A stretch of DNA of 64,000 bases from Planctomycetota bacterium (lineage in GTDB: Bacteria; Planctomycetota; GCA-002687715; CAIWVZ01): assembly GCA_044222185.1 (NCBI GenBank), contig JBGANV010000002.1, positions 384,001 to 448,000 of the forward strand. The letters run 5' to 3'. Under the pieces are notes generated by a model that was not told where the DNA came from, searched no databases, and saw nothing but the letters and a program-made list of their open reading frames with translations. Shown here piece after piece: positions 37,857 to 48,143 of the stretch; position 1 is the stretch's first letter, and the number at the start of each line of letters is the position of its first letter. Made by a program: the position numbers and the translations under genes.

Positions 37857-39851
37857 TCAATTGCCGTCGACGATGGGCAGAAGCACGTCGCGGTCGTTCG
37901 CCCGCAGTCGCACCGAAAGGTCGCCCTGCACTGCATCCGGCAGGGTGATGACGGCCTGCCAGAACACATGATCGAGATCCAAGGCCTCGTGACGTGGCTG
38001 ATCGACTTGCGAGACCCGGATCCAGGGCCGCCGGTCGTCGAGCGGTGCATTGCCGAACACGACGACCTCGCGCTGGCCCGCGACCCGCCGCTCGATCTGG
38101 ACCACTGGCCCCATGGCGAACCCGATCGAGGAGACGCGCGGCATCCGCCACCGCAGGATGGCGACACCCGATGGGTCTCGTACGACTTCCGACTGAAGTG
38201 GCTCGATGCGCTGCCGTTCATCCAGCAGGTTCGGGGCGAAGATGTTCACGGGCACGGTGTCGAATCCAACCGGCCCAGGCGCAGGGGGCGTGTTCGGCGC
38301 GCCGATCAACGCGCCAGACATGCACGCGATCAGGTGCGGCACCGACCACTTGCCCCACAAGGTGTGCGCCCCTTCGTAGTCCTGGACGTCGAACTCCTCC
38401 GGCGTCGTGAAGTACCCCGAGTAGTCGCCCGCATAGCCGATGACCGCGACGTCGGTCACGCCGCTCAGCATCGCCTGCGCGATGCGTTCGATGCGCAAGC
38501 CCGCGACGACCGTGGGTTCGCCGGGAACGGTGACGAAGGCCGATGACCCCATGCGGACGACGTGCATCGGGAGGATCGGCGGAGCTTCGACGCCGAGCAG
38601 GTGATCGGCGATGAACTGGATCGCGCCGGGGAGACTCTTCTTCGGGATCTGCGGTGCATCCGCCGCGAAGTCGGTGGTCGACCGCATGCCTTCGCGAGCG
38701 AGCCCGATCTTCCAGAAGGTCGTGCGTCCGTCCTCCGCCCCGCCGAGCACGGGAGTTCCGACGGCCCATCGTCGGGCGAGCGTCGTCGCCGTCGATCCGC
38801 CGATCGTCTTGTCGCGCGTGTCGCACTCGACGAACCACGAATCGATGGTCAGCGTGGAAGCGGCGCTCAGCTTGGCCGTGGCGGCTGCGTCCACGACGGC
38901 CCGTCCCACGGCAGCGCCCACCGTTCGCGCCAACACCTCACGCCGCGAATCGAGTTCGCGACGCAGCCCGTTGACGTCTCCCGCCGCTCCGTTGGCGCAG
39001 GCGACGATGACGCCGGGCCCGAGCGCTTCCCGCATGGTCTCGACGGCCCATCCCGGCCAGTCCGCGGAGTAGACCGGATCCTCCAACCCGAGCGTCGTGC
39101 TGTGACATGCGAAGAGCCCGAGAACGCCGATCGCCGAATCGGTGCCGTCGGTCCTCCAGGCGCCGAGGGCCACGACGCGCGGCGACACGGCGTGCCGCCT
39201 GTCGTTCTCCGTACCTTCGACGTCGCCCATGGCGACATCGACGCCGAGGTTCGCCGGCGCGGAGCCACCCGGCGACCCGGGCGCATTCCAATCCTGGGAC
39301 TCGACGTTCTGCAAGAAGGCCGTGAGGCTTCGATTCTGTGAAATGCCCCACAGCTCCGAGCGTCCCACACCGATGCGCGCAGGTTGAAGCGCCACCGTCG
39401 CCGCTTCCACGGCATCTGCGATTCGGGACGCCACCCAGTTCGCCCAGGTCTCGTCGAAGCCCTGCGTGGCCTGCGCCATGGAGTCGTAGAGGCTGTTCCC
39501 ATAAAGGTTGCCAGGCCCCGTGTGCGTGTGCGTGCCGCAGAGCACGAGGCGATCGACGCTGATCCCGCAGCTCGGTCCCACGCGCGCTGCGACGGTCTCG
39601 AGCACGTAGCGCGACGCGCAGTGCGTGTCCGTCACGACGAAGGCCGATCGAAGACCGCGAATGTCTTCGAGCACCAACGCCCGGGCGAAGAGGTGACCAA
39701 GCACCCCGCGTCCGGCGCGGCCGTCGACCGAGTAGCCCGCCGTCGAGAAGCCCAGCGGCGGCGTGATGTCGCGCTCGGCAGCTCCAGCATGGCATTGCCC
39801 GCGTGCGGTTGGCGGAAGCGGCGCAGTGCGGTCGATGACGTAGGTCTTCAC
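37857..39851 (-). CDS. Neutral/alkaline non-lysosomal ceramidase family protein
   Basis: DITPP, LFARALV, THTHTGPG, NRS, GDVN, PGEPT, YSGYFTTPEEFDVQDYEG..TLWG. No signal peptide evident. Confidence 0.88.
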   Translation of the reverse strand: MKTYVIDRTAPLPPTARGQCHAGAAERDITPPLGFSTAGYSVDGRAGRGVLGHLFARALVLEDIRGLRSAFVVTDTHCASRYVLETVAARVGPSCGISVDRLVLCGTHTHTGPGNLYGNSLYDSMAQATQGFDETWANWVASRIADAVEAATVALQPARIGVGRSELWGISQNRSLTAFLQNVESQDWNAPGSPGGSAPANLGVDVAMGDVEGTENDRRHAVSPRVVALGAWRTDGTDSAIGVLGLFACHSTTLGLEDPVYSADWPGWAVETMREALGPGVIVACANGAAGDVNGLRRELDSRREVLARTVGAAVGRAVVDAAATAKLSAASTLTIDSWFVECDTRDKTIGGSTATTLARRWAVGTPVLGGAEDGRTTFWKIGLAREGMRSTTDFAADAPQIPKKSLPGAIQFIADHLLGVEAPPILPMHVVRMGSSAFVTVPGEPTVVAGLRIERIAQAMLSGVTDVAVIGYAGDYSGYFTTPEEFDVQDYEGAHTLWGKWSVPHLIACMSGALIGAPNTPPAPGPVGFDTVPVNIFAPNLLDERQRIEPLQSEVVRDPSGVAILRWRMPRVSSIGFAMGPVVQIERRVAGQREVVVFGNAPLDDRRPWIRVSQVDQPRHEALDLDHVFWQAVITLPDAVQGDLSVRLRANDRDVLLPIVDGN

Positions 39852-39855
39852 GGGT

Positions 39856-40806
39856 TCACCCTCGCAGGTTCTTGATGGCCTCGGGGAGCGTCAGCGGCAA
39901 CGTGGCCTCCGGAGGGCAGATCACACCGGCCATGTCGCGGGCGCAGTACCAGCCGTTGATCGACCGCTCGGTGGACTCGACCTTGCCTTTCAGCGTGGTC
40001 GGCCGCGTGTACGTCCGACAGAGCTCGTGCAGCTTCCTGACACCCTGCCAGATGTGCTCGGGCGTCGTGTTGCGCTGTTGCGCACCGGGACCGAGGTCGA
40101 CCGAGATCGCGTCATACGCGAACTGCACGTACGCGGAGGACGGGATCGCGACCCCGCTCGCGAGTGGGTTGGGGACCGAGCCACGTCCCAGGATGAAGCC
40201 GTACCAGGTCGCGAGGAGGCCCGTGAAGTCGAACACACCCTGGTCCAGCGCAGGATGCGTCGCTCGGTCGTGGATCTTCTTCGATTCCTCCGCCGACATC
40301 TCGAAGACGATCACGGCTACGTTCGGGCACGAATGCTCCCGCGCGGGGTGAAAATCGCCTCGGGAGTAGTCACCGAGCCTCCGCGCGGAGACTCCCACGC
40401 GGTCTGCATACGACCCGAACCCGTCCGCCGGTTCCAGCGTGCTCTCGTAGAGCCACGGCCCGCCGCGGCGGATGGACTCGGCAGACGTCGGCAGCTCGTC
40501 GGTCAGGAGGGCGGCGTGGGACCAAAGCGAGGGGCGGCGATCGAGGCGCAGTTCCCGCTGCGCGGAGCGGAACTCGCTTCCGATGTGGCCATATTCGCCC
40601 AGCAGGACGATGGCGGCGCGCGCACCCTGCTTCAGGGAGCGCTCGTCGTCATCCCGTTTCTTGGCGATCGCGCGGCCCACGTGAGCGAAGAACTCGGCGT
40701 TGTCCTTCGACCGGAATGTCCGCGTCAGGTCGACGAGGCCCGTGTTCGTCGTCGCCTTCGGGTCGTAGCGCACTGAGGTGTTTGGGTTCCGCACGTGTGT
40801 CCTCAC
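39856..40806 (-). CDS. Permuted papain-like (YiiX/YebB NlpC/P60) family protein with catalytic Cys replaced by Ser
   Basis: WSHAAL (His motif), ES...GV....L..Y, FDF, IPSSAYVQFAY (aligns to YCSELV..AY), TTPEHI. Confidence 0.6.
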   Translation of the reverse strand: MRTHVRNPNTSVRYDPKATTNTGLVDLTRTFRSKDNAEFFAHVGRAIAKKRDDDERSLKQGARAAIVLLGEYGHIGSEFRSAQRELRLDRRPSLWSHAALLTDELPTSAESIRRGGPWLYESTLEPADGFGSYADRVGVSARRLGDYSRGDFHPAREHSCPNVAVIVFEMSAEESKKIHDRATHPALDQGVFDFTGLLATWYGFILGRGSVPNPLASGVAIPSSAYVQFAYDAISVDLGPGAQQRNTTPEHIWQGVRKLHELCRTYTRPTTLKGKVESTERSINGWYCARDMAGVICPPEATLPLTLPEAIKNLRG

Positions 40807-42206
40807 TTCAGGGTGAATTGATCGCTGCCGATCCGTTCATGCGGAGCAGAGCCGCGACGACCGAACGCATCCCAACGGACGTTGATGGCACCGCCCGCCT
40901 CCGCGGGCTGCGGCGCGAGCCTGCACAGCGTGAACGTCTCATCGGCGACGGCGTCCCAGATCCGGTCCCAGCGCGCGGCGCCCGATGCTGGCCCAGACCA
41001 CTTGATGTCTCCGGTGTCCTTCCCCGTCTTGGAGCCGTCGGTGGGTATGCGAGCCAGCGGCGACGAGATCACCTCGTAGATCTGACGGGACGTTCCGCTG
41101 CGCGTCAGCCGGTAGACGCGGCTCCAGTGGATGTCTCCCGAAAGGACGAGGACATCGTGCGGAGCCGTGAACAAGGCGTCGCAGAGCGTCGAGTAGTCGT
41201 CGTCGAAGTCGACGAGGTTGGCGTCTCCGAACAGGTGGAAGAAGCGCTGGAATCCGCCCACTCGTTCATCGACGAGGGGCTGGGAGAGCACGAGCACGCC
41301 GGGCCGCTCGAGTGACCGAAGCCAATCGACGCACCTCGCCATCCACTCCGCGGGCACGATGCGTGGGCGATCGGCGTCGTAGCGCGTGCGGCGCGTGCGC
41401 GTGTCCAGAAAGAACACGGGCACCTGCCCGAGAAAGAAGCCGAACGTCCGAGCCTCGTCGTCCAGGACCTGTCCCAGGCGACGATCGTTCGGCGCTGGCG
41501 CCCCAAAACGCGCGATGCGCGCCGCACCCAGGTTCAGTCCGGCCTGGTAGAGGCTGAAGGTGCGATCGCAGGCGTCGGCGAGCTTGCGCGACGCGAACGC
41601 CTGCCACACGTTGCCGTCGGGATAGTCGTTCCAGAACTCGTGGTCGTCGGCCATCACCATGTTGGGCGACGCGGTGATGAAGCGGCGGAAGCGTTCGTCG
41701 TTCCACTGGCGGAAGTAGCGCGGCCAGGGCTCGGGCGCGTCACCGAATAGGAGGGGCTGCCCCGACTCGGGCGAGAGATCCATGTAGATCTGGTCGCCGG
41801 CGAGGATGCGAAGGTGGATCGGATCGTTCGAACGCATCCCTGGGGTCGGGTATGCGTCCGGAAGGCGCCCACTCTGCGCGAGGGAGAGGCATGAACCGAT
41901 GGCCAGCGTCAGAGGCGCCGTCTCGTCCTCAGGGAGTGTGCGCGAATCTGCGAACGACTCCGTGTTCAAGCGGGCGGTCAGCCGGAACGGCGTATCGGCG
42001 GGCAAACCGAGCGTCGCCACGAGATACAAGAGCCCGGCGTCCGCGGGATCGTCCTGCCGGCTCATCGAGAAGCACTGGATGTCGGCCTCGATTGCGTTGC
42101 CGCCGACGGTGAGTGCGAGGTCGTTTGCGGTCAGCCGTCCACCCTCGGTCTTCATCACCCACCAGGTCAATGCGTCGGTGGATGGGCGACCGGGAACGAT
42201 CAACAC
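40803..42206 (-). CDS. PhoD-like alkaline phosphatase D / phosphodiesterase
   Basis: GSC, GDQIYMD, DDHEFWNDY, LDTRT, LSGDIH, EVISS. No Tat or Sec signal evident. Confidence 0.85.
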   Translation of the reverse strand: MLIVPGRPSTDALTWWVMKTEGGRLTANDLALTVGGNAIEADIQCFSMSRQDDPADAGLLYLVATLGLPADTPFRLTARLNTESFADSRTLPEDETAPLTLAIGSCLSLAQSGRLPDAYPTPGMRSNDPIHLRILAGDQIYMDLSPESGQPLLFGDAPEPWPRYFRQWNDERFRRFITASPNMVMADDHEFWNDYPDGNVWQAFASRKLADACDRTFSLYQAGLNLGAARIARFGAPAPNDRRLGQVLDDEARTFGFFLGQVPVFFLDTRTRRTRYDADRPRIVPAEWMARCVDWLRSLERPGVLVLSQPLVDERVGGFQRFFHLFGDANLVDFDDDYSTLCDALFTAPHDVLVLSGDIHWSRVYRLTRSGTSRQIYEVISSPLARIPTDGSKTGKDTGDIKWSGPASGAARWDRIWDAVADETFTLCRLAPQPAEAGGAINVRWDAFGRRGSAPHERIGSDQFTLK

Positions 42207-42430
42207 GGCGCGCCTCGCCGCCGTCCGTTCCGGGCGTGGGGGATGGAGCCACGGCCCTTGGATGCAGATCCTTCCACGCGCCGGCCTCCTGCCGCGGTGC
42301 TGTGCGGCTGCCGATTCCCGATCCTGATGAAACCGGGGCGGAGTGTAGAGATTCCACCGGCGTGGTCAACTCGAGCGGGTGTGTCCTGACGAGCCCGACT
42401 GCGGGCGGTCAGGCGCCCGTCGCGCAACGT

Positions 42431-44959
42431 TCACCCCAGGACGGACTTCAGGCCCCAGATCTCGGAGGCGTAGTCGTGGATCGTGCGATCGCTGGAGAAC
42501 GGACCCATGCCAGCGATGTTGTGGACGACCCAGCGATGCCACTCGGAAGGGCGGCGATAGAGCGCGTCGATTCGGTCCTGCGTCTCGAGCCAGGCGGGAA
42601 GATCGGCGAGGACGAACCAACGGTCGCCGCCGCTGACGAGCGCGTGGTGGAGCGAGCGGAACAGCGACGGCTCGTCGGGATGGAACGACGGGTCCGTCAT
42701 CATCTCGACGGCGTCGGCGATCTCGGGGTTTGCGGCGATGACCTGGCGTGGGTCGTAGCCGGCGGCGCGGCGTGCGGTGATCTCGTCGGCGGTGAGGCCG
42801 AAGTCGAAGAACCACTCGTGGCCGATGGCGTCGCGCATCTCGATGTTGGCGCCGTCGAGCGTCCCGATCGTGAGCGCGCCGTTCATGGCGAACTTCATGT
42901 TGCCGGTGCCGCTGGCCTCACAGCCGGCCGTAGAGATCTGCTCGGAGAGGTCGGCGGCGGGAATGATCTTCTCCGCCATCGAGACGCCGTAGTTCGGCAG
43001 GAAGACGACGGCCAGGCGATCGCGCGTCTGCGGGTCCGAGTTGATGATGTCGGCGACGCGGCAGATGAATCGCAGCACGAGCTTCGCCATGTAGTAGCCC
43101 GGCGCCGCCTTGCCCGCGAAGATCACGGCTCGGGGTTGCATGTCGCCGGCCGTGCCCGACTTCAGCCGGCGGTAGCGGATGAGCGTCCCGAGCGCGTTCA
43201 TCAACTGGCGTTTGTACTCGTGCAGTCGTTTGACCTGCACGTCGAAGAGCATCCGCGGATCGAGCGTGATCGCCGTCGAGTCCTTCACGAATGCCGCGAG
43301 GGCAGTCTTGTTCGCGAGCTTGATCGCCTGCAGTCGGGCTTGGAGTTCGGGATCGCCGGCCGAACGTCGCAGCGCCGACACGCAACCCAGATCGGTGATC
43401 CAACCCGGCCCGAGCCGCTCGGTGAGCAGCGCCCCGAGCGGCGGATTCGCCTTCAGCACCCACTGCCTCGGCGTGACGCCGTTCGTCTTGTTGCTGAGCT
43501 TCTTCGGCCACAACGCGTGGAAATCGGCGAACAGGTTCTGCTTCAACAGCTCCGTGTGAAGCGCGGAGACGCCATTCACCGCGTGGCTTCCGACGACGGC
43601 CACGTGCGCCATGCGGACCTGCTCGGAGTAGCCGGATTCGAAGAGCGACAGGCGGCTCGCGCGCTCGCCGTCACCGGGGAACCTGGCCCGGACGGCCTCG
43701 AGGAACCGCCGATCGATTTCCCGCGCGATCTGCAGATGGCGGGGGAGGACTTTCTGCATCAGGCTCGCGGGCCATTTCTCCAATGCTTCGGGCAGGAGGG
43801 TGTGGTTGGTGTACCCGACGCAGTCGACGACGAGCCTCCAGGCCGCGTCCCAATCCATGTGCTCGACGTCGACCAGCACGCGCATCAGCTCGATGACGGC
43901 CAGCGCCGGATGCGTGTCGTTCAGCTGGATGGCGAATTGGTCGGGGAGCTTCGACAGATCGGTCGTGCGCTCGCGGAACTTCCGCATCACGTCTGCGATG
44001 GAGCAGGCGACGAAGAAGTACTCCTGCATGAGGCGCAGCTCGCGACCCTGCTCGAGCGAGTCGTTCGGATAGAGGATCTTGGAGATCGACTCCGTGTTGG
44101 TCTTCTCGCGGACCGCGCCCACGTAGTCGCCCTGGTTGAAGAGATCGAGGTCGAGGCCCGAGGTGGCCGTCGCCTGCCACAGCCGCAGCATGTTCACGAA
44201 GCGGCCCCCGAAACCCACGACGGGGATGTCTTTGGGAACACCGATGACCGCGTGGGTTTCGACCCACTTGGGGGCGAACCGTCCCGCGGAATCCGTCCCG
44301 TCGACCACGCGCCCGTAGAACTCGACCTTCACGGCGTGGTCCGGACGTGCGATGAGCCAGGGCGATGGCGACCGCAGCCAGTTGTCCAGGCGTTCGACCT
44401 GGCGGCCGTTGACGATCTCCTGACGGAACATCCCATGCTCGTAGAGGATGCCGTATCCCGTCGCGGGATACCCCATGGTGGCGAGGGAGTCGAGGAAGCA
44501 CGCCGCGAGGCGACCCAGTCCACCGTTTCCGAGGCCCGCTTCGGGCTCCAGATCAGCGAGCTGGGCGAGGTTGACACCGAGCGGTGCCAGCGCCTGCTCG
44601 ACGGCGTCGTGGATCCCCAGGTTCAGGATGTTGCTCGTGAGCAGACGTCCGATGAGGAACTCCATCGACAGGTAGCAGACCTGCTTGCTGCCGGTGTGAT
44701 TGATCCGCGCCGCCGCGTCGTGGAGCGATTCCACGATCAGGTCGCGAACCGAGTAGGCGAGGCTCATGTAGACGTCGCGTGAGGACGCCTCGTCTGGCCG
44801 GATCCCCAGGCGGAACTTCATGTTCTCGACCATCGACCGGCGCATCCCGTCGACGTCCGTCGTGCGGCGCGTCGCCAGCCAGATGCGCTGAAAGGCGTCC
44901 CGTGCGCGGGCCGCCAGCTCCGAGGCCGTCGTTTGTGAACTGTCGACCGTCGAGGTCAC
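42431..44959 (-). CDS. glgP: Glycogen/starch/alpha-glucan phosphorylase
   Basis: YLSMEFLIGR, GLGNGGLGRLAACF, LRLMQEYFF, QLNDTHP, NKTNGVTPR, QVKRLHEYKRQ, EASGTGNMK. Confidence 0.97.
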   Translation of the reverse strand: MTSTVDSSQTTASELAARARDAFQRIWLATRRTTDVDGMRRSMVENMKFRLGIRPDEASSRDVYMSLAYSVRDLIVESLHDAAARINHTGSKQVCYLSMEFLIGRLLTSNILNLGIHDAVEQALAPLGVNLAQLADLEPEAGLGNGGLGRLAACFLDSLATMGYPATGYGILYEHGMFRQEIVNGRQVERLDNWLRSPSPWLIARPDHAVKVEFYGRVVDGTDSAGRFAPKWVETHAVIGVPKDIPVVGFGGRFVNMLRLWQATATSGLDLDLFNQGDYVGAVREKTNTESISKILYPNDSLEQGRELRLMQEYFFVACSIADVMRKFRERTTDLSKLPDQFAIQLNDTHPALAVIELMRVLVDVEHMDWDAAWRLVVDCVGYTNHTLLPEALEKWPASLMQKVLPRHLQIAREIDRRFLEAVRARFPGDGERASRLSLFESGYSEQVRMAHVAVVGSHAVNGVSALHTELLKQNLFADFHALWPKKLSNKTNGVTPRQWVLKANPPLGALLTERLGPGWITDLGCVSALRRSAGDPELQARLQAIKLANKTALAAFVKDSTAITLDPRMLFDVQVKRLHEYKRQLMNALGTLIRYRRLKSGTAGDMQPRAVIFAGKAAPGYYMAKLVLRFICRVADIINSDPQTRDRLAVVFLPNYGVSMAEKIIPAADLSEQISTAGCEASGTGNMKFAMNGALTIGTLDGANIEMRDAIGHEWFFDFGLTADEITARRAAGYDPRQVIAANPEIADAVEMMTDPSFHPDEPSLFRSLHHALVSGGDRWFVLADLPAWLETQDRIDALYRRPSEWHRWVVHNIAGMGPFSSDRTIHDYASEIWGLKSVLG

Positions 44960-45092
44960 GCTCAAACCTTCTCCGATGCGAGTCTTCGCGGGCGGACTCT
45001 GGCGCCCCACGAGCCGTAGGTCAAGTGTCGGTCCGGCCCCGATGACGTTTCTGTTCATCGGCAGTCTCGGTCGATGGCTATCATCCGGCCCC

Positions 45093-47354
45093 ATGCACGA
45101 GCCCGCCGCAGCTCCGTCATCCGCGCGCCCATCGATGCGTTTCGGTGTTGCGGTGATACTGCTCGCGGCCCTCGGTCAGGCGTGGAGCATTCCGCTCCCG
45201 TTTCAGGCCGACGATTACCTGATTCTTCCGCGCGTCGGCGAGGCGTTGGGCCTGGAACCCCGGCCGGCGTGGGTCCAGGTGGTCGGCGGCAGAATGGAAA
45301 ATCACTACCTCTTCCGCCCGACGACGTGGGTTCTGTGGTGGTGCCTGATTCGGTTGAGCGACGGGCTGGCATCCCCGGCCACGTTCCACGTCGTCGCCAT
45401 ATCGTTGCACGCGTTCACGGCATGGTTGCTCTACCGCCTGCTGCGCACGCGAATGGACGCAGCCGCGGCTGCGATGGGCGCCGGCCTGTTCGGGATCCTG
45501 CCCGGCGGTGCGCAGGCCGTGAGCTGGATCTCGGCCCAGGGCGATCAGCTCGCCGTCCTATTCACGATCGTGCTCGGGCTCTGCATCGTCCGCCACCGAT
45601 CGACGGGCTCACGCGCGAGCGCGTGGATGGCGGGCATCTCCGCGGCACTGGCCTTCTGCAGCAAGGACGTGGCGCTCGCGTCGTTCCCGCTCGTGGCACT
45701 GGCCTGGTTTCACCGTGACCCGACGGTCGAGCGCCGCAAACCCTGGATCCTCCTGGCGAGCGTGGCCGTCGGCGTGGGCGTCGCGGTTGCAGCGCGTGCT
45801 TGGTATCTCGGCACCTGGCGACCGCAGTACCTCACGGACGCCCAGCTCCGGCCCGGTGACCTCCTGGCGATTCCCGCGATCCTCATGCGGAGCCTCGCCT
45901 ACTGGAACTCGGCGGACGTCTTCGCCGGAATGGCGCCGGGGACTGCGCAGCTGCTCCGCGGACTGGGTAGCGGAGACGTCGTCTTCGGGCTCCGCACCGT
46001 CGCCCTGGTCACCGCGCTGATTCCCGCGCTCGTCGGGCTCGCGCTCCGCCCTCGCAACTTCGCGCGGTCGTTGCTCATCCTGGTCGGGTGGGTCTGCGTT
46101 CTCGTGCCTCCGCTGGTCGTGTTCGTCGACACCGGCGACCACTCGATCTCCCGTGTGTTCTACCCCGGCATGGCTGCGTTCGCGGTCTGGGTGGCCGCGA
46201 CCTCGGAAGGCCTCGTTCGATCCGGGCGTCGCCTCCTGATCGTGGCCGCATTCGCGCCACTCGCCATCTACACGGTGGACATGAGCGTTCACCTGGCGCG
46301 GACGGAGCTTCTCGCCGGCGCGGGCATCCAGTCTCGCCTCGAGTCGCTCCGAGACGTCGCGGACGAGAGCCCGCCCGGTACGCGCTTCGTCGTCGTCGAC
46401 CCCGAGGGTGACTTTGGCGGAATCCCCACGCTCCAGTTCACGATCCAGTTTGCGACCCATGCGCCGTTCACGCGGCGGCCCGTCGACGTGCGCTGGACGC
46501 GCGACATCGGCGACGTGACGGACCTCGATGGCTTTCGGGAGGATCCACGGGGCATGGTCGTCCTCAGCGTGCAGGATCGCCGGTTCACGCGCGCGTGTCC
46601 GGACCTCGCTCCGCTTCCGGACCAACTTCCCGACCTGAAGCCCGACCCGGCCGCGCCCGGCACCTACCGATTCACGACGCCCGTGCCCGCGCGCGCGCTG
46701 GGTGGGCTCGTGGCGCGGACGCAGGCGGTGGCGGCTCCGGTCGCGATCCGGTTCACGATCGCAGGGTCGGGCGGGGAGACGTCCGTCGAGCTTCGCGTCG
46801 CGAAACTGCCGGCCGACCACCGTGTCGCCTTGCCGCTTCCGGAAGAGTTGCGCTGGCTCAGCGATCCGGCCATCGATCACGTGACGGTCGATCCGAACGT
46901 CGTGGCGGAGGTGGTCGCGATCCGTACGCTTCCGCTCATCGAAGCGACCTACCCGACGGGCAGGGCTCGCGTCACACAGGGCGTCCTGCCGCCACTCGTG
47001 TTTCGCGCGCCGAGCGCGGCGCCGGCCTACCGAGCGACGGTCGAGTTCGACCTCGGCATCGCGTCGCGCCCGCGTTTCGCGCTGGAGGTGCCGCTCGCGC
47101 GCCTGGACACGCGTGCGGACGGAAGCCTGGTCCTTCTCGGGGATCGTGCAACCTCAGCGACGCTGCTCCGGAACGGCGGCCTCGCGGGAATCGAACAGGT
47201 CCTCGCATCCGCGGCGGATCGGTTGCAGTGGACGGGTACGCATTCGTTCGCCGTCACCTGGCGCGTCGAGGGAATCGACGTCGAGACGGGTGTCGCGATC
47301 TCGCGCTCGCGCTGGCAGGACTTCACCGTGGTGCGTGCCGAGCCGCCCCCCTGA
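45093..47354 (+). CDS. Polytopic membrane protein, GT-C glycosyltransferase candidate (paralog of 25915-28188)
   Basis: FQADDY, YLFRP, FH...H, PGGAQAVSW..QGDQLAVLF, SKD, SRVFYP. Confidence 0.72.
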   Translation: MHEPAAAPSSARPSMRFGVAVILLAALGQAWSIPLPFQADDYLILPRVGEALGLEPRPAWVQVVGGRMENHYLFRPTTWVLWWCLIRLSDGLASPATFHVVAISLHAFTAWLLYRLLRTRMDAAAAAMGAGLFGILPGGAQAVSWISAQGDQLAVLFTIVLGLCIVRHRSTGSRASAWMAGISAALAFCSKDVALASFPLVALAWFHRDPTVERRKPWILLASVAVGVGVAVAARAWYLGTWRPQYLTDAQLRPGDLLAIPAILMRSLAYWNSADVFAGMAPGTAQLLRGLGSGDVVFGLRTVALVTALIPALVGLALRPRNFARSLLILVGWVCVLVPPLVVFVDTGDHSISRVFYPGMAAFAVWVAATSEGLVRSGRRLLIVAAFAPLAIYTVDMSVHLARTELLAGAGIQSRLESLRDVADESPPGTRFVVVDPEGDFGGIPTLQFTIQFATHAPFTRRPVDVRWTRDIGDVTDLDGFREDPRGMVVLSVQDRRFTRACPDLAPLPDQLPDLKPDPAAPGTYRFTTPVPARALGGLVARTQAVAAPVAIRFTIAGSGGETSVELRVAKLPADHRVALPLPEELRWLSDPAIDHVTVDPNVVAEVVAIRTLPLIEATYPTGRARVTQGVLPPLVFRAPSAAPAYRATVEFDLGIASRPRFALEVPLARLDTRADGSLVLLGDRATSATLLRNGGLAGIEQVLASAADRLQWTGTHSFAVTWRVEGIDVETGVAISRSRWQDFTVVRAEPPP

Positions 47355-47365
47355 CCCGGGATCGC

Positions 47366-48094
47366 TCAGTACCGCCGGCGCGGCGCGTTGATGTAGCGGC
47401 AATCAGGGCAGCGCAGAGTGTCGGCCGCCAGGAGCCGCACCATGCCCGGCGCGCGCTGGATCGTGAGGCGGTCGCCACCGTCCACCGGGAAGAGGTGGGG
47501 CTCGTTGTCCGAGGTGAGTGTCGCCGGCCCGCGCGTGAGGTCGATCGTCAAAACTTCCGTTTCGCCGATGACGAGGTGATTCAGAAGGTCCGTGCAGTTG
47601 TTGAACGCCACGCCGATTCCCGTGCGGATCATCATTCGCGTGACGGAGCGGAAATAGGCCGACGAGCCGAAGGGTGTCGCGACGACGAGGCCGTCGCCGA
47701 TGATCTCCTCCGTCACACGTTGCCCATTCAACGAGACGAAGAAGCGCACCGCCGATCGGGGATCGGAGTTGCGGAAGATGATGTCGTTCATCGCGACCGT
47801 CGTGTGATCGCGGCAGGCGCCCACGAGCTTGATCAACCGCTCCTCGGTGAGTCCGCCGGTGGCGAGCCGTTCGAGCACGCGCTCGTCCTTGTGGCGATCG
47901 CATTTGATGCACGTGGAGTCGTGGCGCATCCCGATCTTGGGGATCTCGGGGTAGTCGCGCTCCGCCCCGATCAACGTGCCATCGCCGCCGTAGGCGATGA
48001 TGACGTCGGGTCTCTCGCCTCCGGGCTCGAATCCCATGGCACTGACTTTCGCCAGGAACGCGTCCACGGGCCGGCCGATGATCTTGATCCTCAT
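47366..48094 (-). CDS. nadK: NAD(+) kinase
   Basis: GGDGT, AMND, GDGLVVATPFGSSAYFRS. Confidence 0.85.
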   Translation of the reverse strand: MRIKIIGRPVDAFLAKVSAMGFEPGGERPDVIIAYGGDGTLIGAERDYPEIPKIGMRHDSTCIKCDRHKDERVLERLATGGLTEERLIKLVGACRDHTTVAMNDIIFRNSDPRSAVRFFVSLNGQRVTEEIIGDGLVVATPFGSSAYFRSVTRMMIRTGIGVAFNNCTDLLNHLVIGETEVLTIDLTRGPATLTSDNEPHLFPVDGGDRLTIQRAPGMVRLLAADTLRCPDCRYINAPRRRY

Positions 48095-48143
48095 GGTGGA
48101 GTCGCGCGAGGGTAACTGATCGCTCGGGAGCGGGGAACGGGCG

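Noticed and set aside
42113-44782. 889-aa plus-strand ORF
   Set aside because: Antisense shadow of glgP.
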